Source of the DNA: a virus | Taxonomy: Duplodnaviria > Caudoviricetes | Virus record (IMG/VR): IMGVR_UViG_3300025849_003344 | Reading direction: 5' to 3' (one strand) | DNA length: 64,000 bases | Part shown: piece after piece, positions 45,688 to 56,625 of the stretch | Layout: each line of letters begins with the position of its first letter | Numbering within the stretch: the stretch's first letter is position 1 | The notes under the pieces: generated by a model | The model's input: the letters and a program-made list of their open reading frames with translations, nothing else | The model's database searches: none | What the model was told of the DNA's origin: nothing | Program-made: the position numbers and the translations under genes

Positions 45688-48600
45688 ACTGCCAAGGCGA
45701 TAATTCGTAGATCTTTGAATGTCGGAACCTTAGCATTATTAGAAGAAGTCATAACAATTTTTACTTGGAACTTAGTGAATGGTGCTGATAGTCCGGCATT
45801 ACCACCAACCAAATATTCATAGTCACGGTAGATCAAAGGATTTTCATCTGTAGGTAGATTATTGATCTTAGTTGTTTCTGTCCACGGCGTCTCAGTAAAC
45901 AATGCATCATCTGAAATTGCTTTGTAATAGACTCGAAAATCTGAAACAGAAGGTCTGTTAGCTGCTAACAAGATTTTAAGTCCAACAGCATCTTCGGCCA
46001 AAGTGATAGGTCGAGTAATATGCTTAGCAACCGAACTACCACCTGTCGCAGTAGTTTCTGGAGTGAACACATTAGGCACGTTTGTTAATGTTGTATCAGC
46101 ACCGGCAGAGTCAACCTGGTTATCAATAATGTTATGAATAGCCCAAAGCGATGTTCTTTGCATATCAATAACCGGAGAAACAAAAGTTGTTGCTGTATTC
46201 ATATCAATTTTAACTTCAACAGACTTAGTACCAGTCGCAAGATTTGATATCTCATTTGTTTCAGTAGCAACAAGCCTAGGAGAGTTAAAGAAGTTATTTT
46301 GTCTTAGTGCAAGTGCCGAGTAATTTAGATCCTTCGAGTACGGAGTTTCTTCACCGGCAGTAGATTTGCCTGTCATGAATTTACCGGTCACATTTATACT
46401 TGTAGAGGCTGGAATAATATTTTCAATTTGTGGGATAAGAGTTTCAAACGGTATTTGAGATTTAGCAGTAATAGCTGTACCGCCAACTGCTGCATCGTTA
46501 TTACCATTCGAGTCCATAGCAAACGTATAAGTGTTTTCGTCGTATGCAGTAATAGTTCTTGGACCCATGATACCAGTACCAAGAATACCACCATACTTAA
46601 GAGCGGAATCAAATCCAAACAGCTCTGCAACATCACCTACCTGGAAACCATGTCCTGGGTGTGTAATAGTTGCTTTATTATTAGTTGAGTTAACTTGTAC
46701 AGGAAATTCCGGTAATGCATTTCTTACAGTACCAGTATTTTCAAGTACAGCATAACCACCTGCAGTACTAAATGTTGCCTTATGAATTTTAAACATAAGA
46801 TCCATAGTTTGATCTGGTTCCCATGTTGATGCATTCTGAGATTTAAAGAACGAACCAAGATATGGTTGAGATGTAATACGCTTCTCAGTAGAGTTAAGTA
46901 TAAACTCACCTGTTTTTGCGATGTACATATTGTAGTTAATAGATTCTGCAAGGAACACTACAGCATATTCAGTATAAGGATTTAAGAATATTGGTTCTTC
47001 AAATGTAAAGGTTGTTGCAGAAGTAGCATCGTCAGAAATATTAACATTAGACGGTGACACAAACACAACCGATCCAGGTATAACTGTATCAGATGATGGG
47101 CTACCGTTAACCATTGGACGCAATTGCATTTGAACTGGAATGCTAGTATCTTTTGTTTTAAAGTATGCATCAATCTTTGTTACAAATACACCATCTGTTT
47201 CTGTTACTAAGAATGATTCGGCTACTGGATCTGACCAGCGAACTCGCACAGGTGGGGCTGACCAACTACTTGTAACAACTCTATTAGATGTTACAGTTGA
47301 TCTTTCAGAAGATACACCAAGAATTCGAGTTGAAAGAACATCTCTTTGGAACGTTTCGATAACACCTTGAGCAACAAATAATGCAATACCTACAGAAGAC
47401 GCATCTTCTTCGTTAGGCGCTGTAATATCAAGAAGTTTAAGCTCTCTTGAACCAGCCCTGAACTTAATAGCATCTGTGTTAGGAATAAAGAATGTGCCAG
47501 TCATTTTACCTTCACCATCAGTGAATAGGCTCGATGCACCATCTGGGTGAGCAACCGCTGTATTGTATCTTGTACCATAGTCTATGTTGGTATCAGACAC
47601 GCGTGTGAATACTCCGCCTTCGTCTCTTACCCAATCGGAAACATCAATATCGTCAAAGAAAGCAAACATGCGACTGTTAGGCTTAAGACCTTCGGCTTTA
47701 AACGCAACCTTTTGTGAACGCATGAATGGAATTAATGCAACGTCAACTACACGATCACCAACGATTTCTCTAATAGTCTCGTTAAGCACAACTCTATTAA
47801 CTGTAGTGACTGTGTTTGTTTGTGTGCCTGACTGACCGCCTGTTCCCCAGTTTTGAGAAAAACTTACTCGGGATGAATTAGTACTTGTGTTTACAACGCG
47901 ACCAACGCTCAGGTTGTTAATATCGGTTCCGCCCCAGTTCCATTCCCAATTATTCCACAGATTTGCTTGTCTTGTATTTAACCTTTGACCACCGTCAATA
48001 ATTCTATCTGCAGCACGTATAGTTTCTTTCCAATTATCTGAAGCTGGAGAAAGTGTTACCGCACCAAGGTTTGTAATAGCAGAGAACGGGTTAATGTTAA
48101 TTGTACCAGATGCTTGATCCTGTACAATGTATTCGCCTTCTCCGTATTTCAGGTAAATGTTATCACCCTTCTTAATAACACCAGATGATTTATCTGAGTC
48201 ATACTTAAGAAGAATATTGTTTTCAATAAATGACGGACGTAAAATTTTATCACGTGGATCTATTGATGCACGGTATTCAACGTTGTATGTGTCTGTTGCT
48301 AATTGATCTGAGAAGTTATCTACTAGGAAACCGGCTTTTGTTCTGTCAACACCAGAGCCATCAAAAACAAGAAGATTTTTAAGGTCAAGTTCTAGTAATG
48401 ATAGTGTAGCAATCTCTTCTACTTGGTTAATTCTTGATTCAAGCTTACCAATGTCTTTCATTGTATAACGCTTATTCTCAATTGGTGTAGTAACCATATC
48501 GGTTGTAGATATTGTATAAGGATTTAGATCAGATCGCCAAATCTCAAGAGAGTTATTTGGAGTTTCTGGGTATTTCGGAGTAAGAGACGATTGACCTTCA

Positions 48601-50828
48601 ATAACAGTAATGTCGCCTTCTTGTGTAGCAACAATCTTGTCTTGACGTGGTAGATAATATTGAGTGTCAAATTGAATCAAATCAGTGTTATCTGGTAGTT
48701 CGTTAATACGAGCAGTAGCAGATGTAAAGTCAGAATCTTTGTCAGTTTTACGTGGTCTAAAGTCAAGTACATTACGTAACTGAACAACAGAGCCATCATT
48801 TAATGTATGAGAAGGAATATTTTCATAGTTAACTTGGCCCTGATAAGAGTTAACCGCAAAAAAGTCTCCAGACGCGCCGTGTGTAAAATATTTAAATCGT
48901 ACAAACACATTGCCTGTTGGAGATGTTACGCCGCCCTTAAGAATTAATTTTGCTGGTGCATACCAGTTATCACGTTGACCGTTGTCAATAATAAAACGAT
49001 TAGCTAAGCTTGAACCATTTGAGTCTGAGTCAGTTAATCTAACAACTTCATATAGATCAGGCTTATCAAGAGAAACAAATTTGTTACCAGTTCCGTCAGA
49101 TTCAATCGCAGCACTAAGTGTAGTTTCAACAAGCGTCTTGGCCCGAACAGCACCAGCAGACTTATTAACCTTGGCCATAACTTCGATGTTAGAACTTGTA
49201 GGTCCGCCACTAATCGCAGCAGATTGTGTCCCTGCTCCTGATATTGATGTACTAATAATAGCACCATCAGAATCAACCGATACAATCCAATCGTTAGTAT
49301 TAGAAAATGTTTCGCCAGCCGCAGTCAAAGTAAGCGATGCGTTTCCTGAAGGATCGAGTGTGGCGTTAAACTTACGTTGTACTTCAAGAGAAATATCTGA
49401 TATAATCTTAGGTCGAGCAGTAGGTAGAGCAAACAACAAACTGTTGTCAGATACTTCTTTAATAACTGCAACATTATTTTCAAGAAGAATATCTGCATAG
49501 TCAAGTATCGAACCACCGACTGATTTTACATTTCTAAATGATTGACCACTATTCATCTTGATATCAAATAGATACAATCTATAGTTAGCACCATCTTCTT
49601 CGACAGCACGGACACGACAAGTACCAATAGTAGAACCACCGTGGGTAACCGCTGATCTTAGGTTTCTTTGTTGAAACACGTTGATGTTAGGAACGCCAAC
49701 CATGTTGTCTGAGATAACATAATTACCGTATGTTGCCGCAACAACATCGTTATTAATTGAAATTGTTTCTCGGGCTTTATTTACATCAAATGATTTTGGT
49801 GTAGGAACATCTACCCTAAAGCCATTTACATATGCAATACCAGGTGATATAGTAAGCTTAAGTTTAGTGTCATCAGTCTCATGCTCGACATACTTAATCT
49901 TAAATTGTTTAGCAGTAAAGTCACCATTGGTTTCACTTGTTCTTTTTGCCAAGCGATCTTCAAGAATATTATAGCTATTATTTCCAGATACCGTTTCGAC
50001 AACAAGACCATTCACAACTCGACAGAAGAACAAGAAGTTCTCATCAGAGTCTACTAAATCTTTTGTAGTAAGTTGTAATCTAATACGATAACGATCTGCA
50101 CCTGGTGCGGAACGGTTAGCCGTTGCCCCTTGGTTATCAAATAATGCTTCAAAGTCGCCTGAACCAACAATGTCTTGTGATACAATAAATCCTACAACTG
50201 CACTTGGAGATGTTCCGTACTTAGAAAGAATAAGCTCTTGCTTTGTAGCAAACACGAAGTGGCCTTGTGTAAAGTAATCACCACCACGTACAGAGATTTT
50301 AGAACCTTGGCCGATAGCAGGGTTTGCAACGGTGTTAGTAGTCTGTGCCGTAACAGTAACACCTGAACTCGCCCCAACAAGATCTTCGGATGGATCAATT
50401 CGAATAGGAGTTGTGCCAGCAGTACCACCAAGAGTGTCAGTATAATTTACATATAGCGTTGCAGGATCTGATGCTGTAGCATTAACAACCTGAAGAACTT
50501 TAAACTTAACAGTAGAATTCTGTCCTGTAAATTCGTCGCCAAGCATAGTTGACGTGTCGGTAGGCAATGAATTAGAAGTCGTATCAAGTTTTATAAACTC
50601 ATAACGAGTATTAATGGTTAAGCCACCTGGATTAACGGATGCGCCTTCTTTAAAAACATTACGACCAAATCTTTCGATTTCTCGTTGAATAATTGTCTGC
50701 GACTGCGTTAATTCTCTTGCCTGTAGAGCACGACCAGAATTAAAAAGAATTCTATGATAGTGATCACTATCCTTAAAATCATCTTTGTATGTTGTCGCGA
50801 AAAGCGTATCTGTATATTTTATTGACAT
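45684..50828 (-). CDS. DUF4815/VrlC-like large virion structural protein (1714 aa)
   Basis: YKDDF..SDHYHRILF.SGRALQARELTQ.Q, GADRY, KRYTMKDIGKLE.RI, GFLVDNF and DP.AESF motifs; follows gp8. Confidence 0.75.
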   Translation of the reverse strand: MSIKYTDTLFATTYKDDFKDSDHYHRILFNSGRALQARELTQSQTIIQREIERFGRNVFKEGASVNPGGLTINTRYEFIKLDTTSNSLPTDTSTMLGDEFTGQNSTVKFKVLQVVNATASDPATLYVNYTDTLGGTAGTTPIRIDPSEDLVGASSGVTVTAQTTNTVANPAIGQGSKISVRGGDYFTQGHFVFATKQELILSKYGTSPSAVVGFIVSQDIVGSGDFEALFDNQGATANRSAPGADRYRIRLQLTTKDLVDSDENFLFFCRVVNGLVVETVSGNNSYNILEDRLAKRTSETNGDFTAKQFKIKYVEHETDDTKLKLTISPGIAYVNGFRVDVPTPKSFDVNKARETISINNDVVAATYGNYVISDNMVGVPNINVFQQRNLRSAVTHGGSTIGTCRVRAVEEDGANYRLYLFDIKMNSGQSFRNVKSVGGSILDYADILLENNVAVIKEVSDNSLLFALPTARPKIISDISLEVQRKFNATLDPSGNASLTLTAAGETFSNTNDWIVSVDSDGAIISTSISGAGTQSAAISGGPTSSNIEVMAKVNKSAGAVRAKTLVETTLSAAIESDGTGNKFVSLDKPDLYEVVRLTDSDSNGSSLANRFIIDNGQRDNWYAPAKLILKGGVTSPTGNVFVRFKYFTHGASGDFFAVNSYQGQVNYENIPSHTLNDGSVVQLRNVLDFRPRKTDKDSDFTSATARINELPDNTDLIQFDTQYYLPRQDKIVATQEGDITVIEGQSSLTPKYPETPNNSLEIWRSDLNPYTISTTDMVTTPIENKRYTMKDIGKLESRINQVEEIATLSLLELDLKNLLVFDGSGVDRTKAGFLVDNFSDQLATDTYNVEYRASIDPRDKILRPSFIENNILLKYDSDKSSGVIKKGDNIYLKYGEGEYIVQDQASGTININPFSAITNLGAVTLSPASDNWKETIRAADRIIDGGQRLNTRQANLWNNWEWNWGGTDINNLSVGRVVNTSTNSSRVSFSQNWGTGGQSGTQTNTVTTVNRVVLNETIREIVGDRVVDVALIPFMRSQKVAFKAEGLKPNSRMFAFFDDIDVSDWVRDEGGVFTRVSDTNIDYGTRYNTAVAHPDGASSLFTDGEGKMTGTFFIPNTDAIKFRAGSRELKLLDITAPNEEDASSVGIALFVAQGVIETFQRDVLSTRILGVSSERSTVTSNRVVTSSWSAPPVRVRWSDPVAESFLVTETDGVFVTKIDAYFKTKDTSIPVQMQLRPMVNGSPSSDTVIPGSVVFVSPSNVNISDDATSATTFTFEEPIFLNPYTEYAVVFLAESINYNMYIAKTGEFILNSTEKRITSQPYLGSFFKSQNASTWEPDQTMDLMFKIHKATFSTAGGYAVLENTGTVRNALPEFPVQVNSTNNKATITHPGHGFQVGDVAELFGFDSALKYGGILGTGIMGPRTITAYDENTYTFAMDSNGNNDAAVGGTAITAKSQIPFETLIPQIENIIPASTSINVTGKFMTGKSTAGEETPYSKDLNYSALALRQNNFFNSPRLVATETNEISNLATGTKSVEVKIDMNTATTFVSPVIDMQRTSLWAIHNIIDNQVDSAGADTTLTNVPNVFTPETTATGGSSVAKHITRPITLAEDAVGLKILLAANRPSVSDFRVYYKAISDDALFTETPWTETTKINNLPTDENPLIYRDYEYLVGGNAGLSAPFTKFQVKIVMTSSNNAKVPTFKDLRIIALAV

Positions 50829-50842
50829 TTAGTTTTCTACTC

Positions 50843-52219
50843 TCAGAGTTGAATAATAATTTTTACGTCTTCGGTCTGGTCATCGGACCGCTCAATAGCC
50901 GCTCTATTATCTATGTATAGAAGAGTGCCAGACATGTTATTAACCGTCGGTAGTGTCTCTGCATTAGCATCGCCATCGATGCCTACGGCATCTAAAATGC
51001 CTTCACCGTTACCATCTGTTTCTGTGATTGTCTCGCCCTCGATAAATGGGGTAAAGCCAGTTAATTCTGTCTGGTGGTACCAAACGTAGTTTGAATCTGA
51101 TTTGTCAACAACGGCTGATGCAGCAGAGGTTGAACCAAGAATTGCTTTATCTTCAGTAAAGTTTGCACTGATAGAACCGAAATGCAATCTATTTAGTACA
51201 TTTGCAGATGATTGTTCCCAGTCAGAATCTGTTGAAAGAGGTCCGACCTTAGGATCTCTAATAAGACCAATTTGCCTAAAATCATTACCAGTTATAATAG
51301 AGTTAGTCTCGTTACCAATCATCTGAGTATTGAACATAAGACCGGTTGATCTAAGATCATCACGTGGATCTCCACCCATACCAAGAGCAGGTGCCATTAC
51401 GACACGAGCAATCGCTCCGGTTCCACCGCCACCAGTTAGTTTAGCACTAGCTTGTGTATAGCCTCGACCAAAGGCTTTACCTGAACCTGAATCATCCATC
51501 TCAATTTTAACAACAGTACCACCACTTACTGTCGCAGTAGCTTTTGGTATTTTAGTTCCGTTGCCAGTAAAGGTTATTGTGGGAGCCGATGTGTAACCAT
51601 TTCCGCCTGAAATAAGTTTAACCGCAGTAATCTCTCCAGGTACAGCACCAGTTTGAATTGATTTTTGTTCAATCTCAAGTGCAGATGAGTTTGAATCTGT
51701 CGTGCCAATAAGCTCAACCGGCACAAAGTTTGATGAAGTAAACTTTGTAGCCCTGAGAGCACCAATAGTGTACAGATATTTCCATACATAACCGTCACCA
51801 GTCGTAAGAGGCAAGATGCTTGTTCCTGTTGGTTTAACTGTTGAAGTAACAATTGCGCCGTTAGCATCTCTACCTTGCTGTAGACATGTATAAATGGCAT
51901 TCTCATCGGTAAGTACATAGTACGCATTTGAAGGATAGCCTTGAACAGCATCGTCATAGCTAGAATAAATTGTACCTGAAGACCAGTTATGTCGAGGAAT
52001 AACAAATGAAACATCTTCGCCGGACTTCATAGCCTGCATAGAGTTTCTAAAATCTCGTACATCTTTCAGAGTATTCAATGGAATAGTTGGCGTATCCGAA
52101 CTATCCCAATCCTCTGAACGACCAATAGCGATATAGTATGATGCCGCCGAGTCTTTGACACTTGTATAGAGGTTATCTAGTACTTGTCTTTTAAATGCGT
52201 CTGTAATAATTGCAACCAT
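50843..52219 (-). CDS. gp8: Baseplate wedge protein gp8
   Basis: YYIAIGRSEDW, VIPRHNWSSG..Y, YTCL and DGYVWKYLY motifs. Confidence 0.85.
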   Translation of the reverse strand: MVAIITDAFKRQVLDNLYTSVKDSAASYYIAIGRSEDWDSSDTPTIPLNTLKDVRDFRNSMQAMKSGEDVSFVIPRHNWSSGTIYSSYDDAVQGYPSNAYYVLTDENAIYTCLQQGRDANGAIVTSTVKPTGTSILPLTTGDGYVWKYLYTIGALRATKFTSSNFVPVELIGTTDSNSSALEIEQKSIQTGAVPGEITAVKLISGGNGYTSAPTITFTGNGTKIPKATATVSGGTVVKIEMDDSGSGKAFGRGYTQASAKLTGGGGTGAIARVVMAPALGMGGDPRDDLRSTGLMFNTQMIGNETNSIITGNDFRQIGLIRDPKVGPLSTDSDWEQSSANVLNRLHFGSISANFTEDKAILGSTSAASAVVDKSDSNYVWYHQTELTGFTPFIEGETITETDGNGEGILDAVGIDGDANAETLPTVNNMSGTLLYIDNRAAIERSDDQTEDVKIIIQL

Positions 52220-52231
52220 TGTCTGTTCCTA

Positions 52232-53239
52232 TTAAGCTACTGTCGCGCCATGTTGGGCAAGCAGATTCCAGTTAGCTCCGTCCCATATGAGGGTTGTTGT
52301 GTCATGTTGATCAAGTGCGATCGATGTACCTTGTGCAAAGTTCGTAGGAGTAATCGTAGTAATACCTGCGCCCTTGTTTGTAAATATTTTATACTCTCCA
52401 CCCACAGTACCGTTAGATAAAGTTATAGCAAGAGTAGTACCGCTGTTAGCTATTATATATGTAGCTAACAGACTAGCAGTACCAGAAGTTGTCTGAGTAT
52501 TTGTGCCATAAGCACCTTTCGCAACTACGACTGATCCATTACCCTTTGCATTTACTAGAAGGTTGATGTTAGTATCATCACCTGCAACACTAAGTCGCGC
52601 ACCTGATCCAGCTACAGAATTTTTAATTTTTATATGGTTAACCGCAGAAGCGGTTGCTTCGACTTCAAGAATTTCTGCACCATTAACATCATCAACTCTA
52701 TTAGTTAATTTTGGTGTAACAAGTGTTGCTGATGTCAAAGTTTTATTTGTGAGCGTTTGGTTAGTGGCCGCAAATATAAACGAATCACTATCAGTAAGTA
52801 CAGGCAATCGTATATTATAATCAGCCGCAAGCTCAGGTGTTATAAGATTATATTTGTGGTTATTTGAGTAATCATTAATTTGTAATGTTGGGTTTCCAAA
52901 ACCAATGTTATTCAATACTGCGTTGGTCAAAGTTTTGTTAGTTACAGTCTGCAAAGCAGTTGATAACACAATTTCGCCAGAAGCATCAGGTAATGTAATA
53001 GCACGATCACCAGTAGGATTTACTGCTGTTAGATTAGTTTCAAAATCATCAACTGCTGAACCTTCAAACTGTAGTCCTTCCGAGGTTACAGCAATTCTAC
53101 CAGAAAGAACATCACTATCTCCGCCAAGCTTATTATATAGCTCAACGAAGTTTGCATTAATCTTTGTGCCTGTCTGTCTTAGTGTATCACCACTACCATC
53201 GTTGGCCGTAGTACCGACACCAATATTCTGACGAGTCAT
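52232..53239 (-). CDS. Baseplate wedge / fibre connector, gp9/gp10-like N-terminus
   Basis: RQNIGVGTTANDGSGDTLR.TG.KINANFVELY is the gp9/gp10 N-terminal signature. Confidence 0.75.
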   Translation of the reverse strand: MTRQNIGVGTTANDGSGDTLRQTGTKINANFVELYNKLGGDSDVLSGRIAVTSEGLQFEGSAVDDFETNLTAVNPTGDRAITLPDASGEIVLSTALQTVTNKTLTNAVLNNIGFGNPTLQINDYSNNHKYNLITPELAADYNIRLPVLTDSDSFIFAATNQTLTNKTLTSATLVTPKLTNRVDDVNGAEILEVEATASAVNHIKIKNSVAGSGARLSVAGDDTNINLLVNAKGNGSVVVAKGAYGTNTQTTSGTASLLATYIIANSGTTLAITLSNGTVGGEYKIFTNKGAGITTITPTNFAQGTSIALDQHDTTTLIWDGANWNLLAQHGATVA

Positions 53240-53266
53240 TCAAATGTCCTCTTTTCTTATTAACTG

Positions 53267-53274
53267 TATTTATA
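53267..53274 (-). promoter_or_regulatory. Late promoter TATAAATA
   Basis: Exact motif 27 nt upstream of ATG 53239. Confidence 0.8.
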
Positions 53275-53281
53275 TACTTTT

Positions 53282-54259
53282 TTATGATGAATCAGCGGCA
53301 TGCGTGTAAGTATTCTGATCCATTGTTTCAACATTATTGCTTAGTCTTATTCCGTACAAATAAGCATTTTCAGTCATACTTTGACCGGCAAAGGAATCAA
53401 GATATGTACTATCTGACATTAATGGCGAGTTTACATGCATAGCACCATGTAGACGATTATAGTTTAGGATAAAGCTAGATACCGGCATATCTGCAAACTT
53501 TGCTGCAGTTGCTGATAGACTGATATATTCAATGCGTGTATCTGCATCTTCATCATCTGGTAATTTACCGATAATCTCTGAAAATGTAATTGGAGTACCA
53601 AGCCCTGCAGTACCAACAACAGTGATTGGAGGTGGCGGTGCCGGAATATTGTCGGGCATAGTAAGAATATTTGAGTTTGTGGACGGAAGTTCAAGAACAA
53701 CCGAACCGCCAAGATAGAATCCGGCCGGATGTACAAACTTCTTATACAACGTACGCCACTGAGCAATAGGAATAGCAGACTTAATTAACACACTGAAGAT
53801 CTGATATAGTGCACCATTTTGAATATAGCGCAATGATTCAGTACCAATTTGTGATTCGCTCACAATAAACAAATTATCTTTTGGATGATCTATTTCAATG
53901 TCTGATGAAAAGAACGCTCTAAAGAAACCTTCGGCAGCATATGTCGTACCTTTAACACGGTAGAAGTTAGCAAAGTTACGAAGCACTTCACGAGGATCAC
54001 TAAAGTATTCGGCATTTGCGCCATCAGCAATCATGTTAAAGATTTTTTCAAGGTTAGCCAGCGAAGTCCGTTCGATATCAAATACCGAATATAGATCACG
54101 AATAGTGGATATCACTTCATCTTCATCAGCATTCTCATAATAACCTTCAAGAAAGGCAACTAACATAGGATAGTCGTCAGTAAAGTGCTGTGGTAATACC
54201 GACTTAACCTGATATTTTCTAAGGTTAGCTTCAACCCTATCGTAATTTATTAACGACAT
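53282..54259 (-). CDS. Short gp7-like baseplate wedge initiator
   Basis: FYRVKGT, YQIFSVLIKS..PI.QWR...KKFVHPAGF motifs; follows gp6. Confidence 0.65.
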   Translation of the reverse strand: MSLINYDRVEANLRKYQVKSVLPQHFTDDYPMLVAFLEGYYENADEDEVISTIRDLYSVFDIERTSLANLEKIFNMIADGANAEYFSDPREVLRNFANFYRVKGTTYAAEGFFRAFFSSDIEIDHPKDNLFIVSESQIGTESLRYIQNGALYQIFSVLIKSAIPIAQWRTLYKKFVHPAGFYLGGSVVLELPSTNSNILTMPDNIPAPPPPITVVGTAGLGTPITFSEIIGKLPDDEDADTRIEYISLSATAAKFADMPVSSFILNYNRLHGAMHVNSPLMSDSTYLDSFAGQSMTENAYLYGIRLSNNVETMDQNTYTHAADSS

Positions 54260-56136
54260 TAATAAGAACCTAATGTTGAGATTACACCCACACCATCACC
54301 AAGTGCAATATCAGTTTGCTGTCTATCTACGACACCAGTAGCAAATGTTGGGCCCGCATCTAGATCTAGAATATATGATCTGAGCGGTCGTACAGTAGAT
54401 TGATTTGACGGAACTGCAGATACTTTAAGATATGTAACGCCTGATGTAATTTCTGTAGGCGCAAAACCTGTGATAATAATCTTGCCTTGTAGGTTATCAA
54501 ATGATCCGATGTTGTCGACCTCAACTTCACCAACCGAGTTAATAACTTGAAGCTTCGTATCATTTAGCTTATTCTTAATAGAACAAACTTTACCATTGAA
54601 TCTAAATGTCGACGTCGTGACCGTATAATCTACAGCACTAGGAGCCGCTAATTCATTTGGAAAGTATATATCGTATGACGTTTTAACATTAAGCGTAGGC
54701 GTAAAACGTTGTTGAAGCTTAACCGATACTCTTGAGTTAAGAATCGCAGCACTGATATCATCTATCTCTGCAAGTAATTCTGAACGTCTAAACACACCAC
54801 TAAATTTCTTAAGATTACTAGAAACATATCCATTAATCACGCCTAGCACATTAGCTTCTGTTGATTTAATTGTTGCACCAGTAAGGTTAGGATCAAAGTT
54901 AAACGAAGCAACTAGTTCTAGGTATGTTGTGGTAGGATCAGTAAACTTGGTATCAATAGATATAATTGATAGGTTGTTTGTAATTTGCTGTACAATTTGG
55001 TCTTTAATAGAAGCAATGGCTGCAGCAGATGTATTGTCCTCAAATACTAATGAAACGAACACAGATCCAAACTCTGCCGGAGTATTGTCTTCCCCGCCCC
55101 ACGCAATAGCATCTGTCACTGTACTAAAGTTACTTTGAATAATAGCACGATAATCATCTGCAGTAACGAGTCTTTGTTGTGCCGCAAATGCAATAGGGGC
55201 ATTCTGCCTGACTGATTCAATCGATTGCTTAGGTGCACCAGTAACAGAATTTGTTATTGTAGTAACCGATAAGTTATATCCATTGCCGAGTACTGATACT
55301 TGGGAAGTAGGCGTAAATGTAGATCCGCCGTTTGCTTCTGCACCAAGGCATGATAGATACGATACAACAATCTTATTGCCAGCAACAGGTGCTTTACCAA
55401 ACGAAATACCATCACCAAAGTTTAGTTCATAATAACCGTTAGGGGCTTCGTTAATAGAATAGTAACGAGAAGTTGATGTAACTGATACCGCAGTATTAAT
55501 AGATGTATATGCACTGAATGATGCACCGTTCGTGGTATCAAATACGTTTACCGCAGCAGTAGAGGTATCAATCGTATCATCCGGAATAACATATAGCTGA
55601 CGCTCACCTACTTCACCAACATAGAATGTCTTAGTTTTCAGTGTACCTTCAAATAAAGGAATAGTCAGTGATCCGGCAGTGTTTAAGAACTGGTACAAAC
55701 CAGATCCGTTATCTGTCGCAACATAGTCTTCGATAGTCTGATACGTATATGTAATATCACCTACAGAAGATGTGAACGAAGTACCTGCACCAATTATTAC
55801 TGACGAAGGTCTATTTGCAACACCGTTTAGATTGATGCTTAGTTGCACTTCTGCACGTGACGCAGTCCTACTTCGAGGAGCATAACCAAGAGTCGCAGCA
55901 TGTGATACAACAGAGGAGCGCAACTGCGCAGTCGAGAGGAACGACTCATTTAATGCAAAGTTGGCAGTCAATGCATTAAAGTGTGTATTGTATGCTAGTA
56001 CGTCCAGGATATTAGAAAGGCCTGATGCTTCAAAATTATAATCTGAAAATTGAGTATCCTGAGCAAGATAAGTTTTAAGCTTATTCTTGATCTCAGTGAA
56101 GTCAAGCTGTGTAGATGTTACTGTTACGTCTGCCAT
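54259..56136 (-). CDS. gp6: Baseplate wedge protein gp6
   Basis: LDFTEIK..LK.YL, DYNFEASGL..ILDVLAYNTH, ESFLSTAQLRSSVV and QQRLVTADDY motifs. Confidence 0.93.
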   Translation of the reverse strand: MADVTVTSTQLDFTEIKNKLKTYLAQDTQFSDYNFEASGLSNILDVLAYNTHFNALTANFALNESFLSTAQLRSSVVSHAATLGYAPRSRTASRAEVQLSINLNGVANRPSSVIIGAGTSFTSSVGDITYTYQTIEDYVATDNGSGLYQFLNTAGSLTIPLFEGTLKTKTFYVGEVGERQLYVIPDDTIDTSTAAVNVFDTTNGASFSAYTSINTAVSVTSTSRYYSINEAPNGYYELNFGDGISFGKAPVAGNKIVVSYLSCLGAEANGGSTFTPTSQVSVLGNGYNLSVTTITNSVTGAPKQSIESVRQNAPIAFAAQQRLVTADDYRAIIQSNFSTVTDAIAWGGEDNTPAEFGSVFVSLVFEDNTSAAAIASIKDQIVQQITNNLSIISIDTKFTDPTTTYLELVASFNFDPNLTGATIKSTEANVLGVINGYVSSNLKKFSGVFRRSELLAEIDDISAAILNSRVSVKLQQRFTPTLNVKTSYDIYFPNELAAPSAVDYTVTTSTFRFNGKVCSIKNKLNDTKLQVINSVGEVEVDNIGSFDNLQGKIIITGFAPTEITSGVTYLKVSAVPSNQSTVRPLRSYILDLDAGPTFATGVVDRQQTDIALGDGVGVISTLGSY

Positions 56137-56137
56137 A

Positions 56138-56584
56138 TTATCTTAGCCTTGATAGAGAAGTTTCGAGTGTCACAACTTCTGATGTATTTATTACCCCAAA
56201 TTTAAGACGTATATCAAGAGCATTACCATCAGGTCTTGCCTGCACATTGATATCAGCAACGACTGCTCTTGGTTCAAACGTCTTAATGGCTGCTCTAATA
56301 TTAATCTCTGCATTAAATGCAGTTAGATCATCCATAGGTTCAAATAAAATGTTACCCATACCTCCACCAAAAGATGGATTAAATGGTTTTTCTTGGAATC
56401 CAGTGAGTACAAGATTTTTTACTGATTGCTTTACTGCAGCAGCATCGTTCTTTCGATAGACGTCACCGTCAGGTCTGGCCACAAAAGAAAGATCGATATC
56501 CTTGTAATCTTTACTTCGTGCAGTAATGAGCGAGACGGTGCCAAGCTGGCCATCTTCTGCTGCAAATGCTCTGTTTGTTGCCAT
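56138..56584 (-). CDS. gp25: Baseplate wedge protein gp25
   Basis: YKDIDLSF, AVKQSVKNLVLT...EKPFNP.FG and FEPR motifs. Confidence 0.9.
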   Translation of the reverse strand: MATNRAFAAEDGQLGTVSLITARSKDYKDIDLSFVARPDGDVYRKNDAAAVKQSVKNLVLTGFQEKPFNPSFGGGMGNILFEPMDDLTAFNAEINIRAAIKTFEPRAVVADINVQARPDGNALDIRLKFGVINTSEVVTLETSLSRLR

Positions 56585-56611
56585 GTGATCAATACTCTAG
56601 ATTGTTTAAAC

Positions 56612-56619
56612 TATTTATA
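56612..56619 (-). promoter_or_regulatory. Late promoter TATAAATA
   Basis: Exact motif 27 nt upstream of the gp25 ATG. Confidence 0.8.
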
Positions 56620-56625
56620 CAATAT

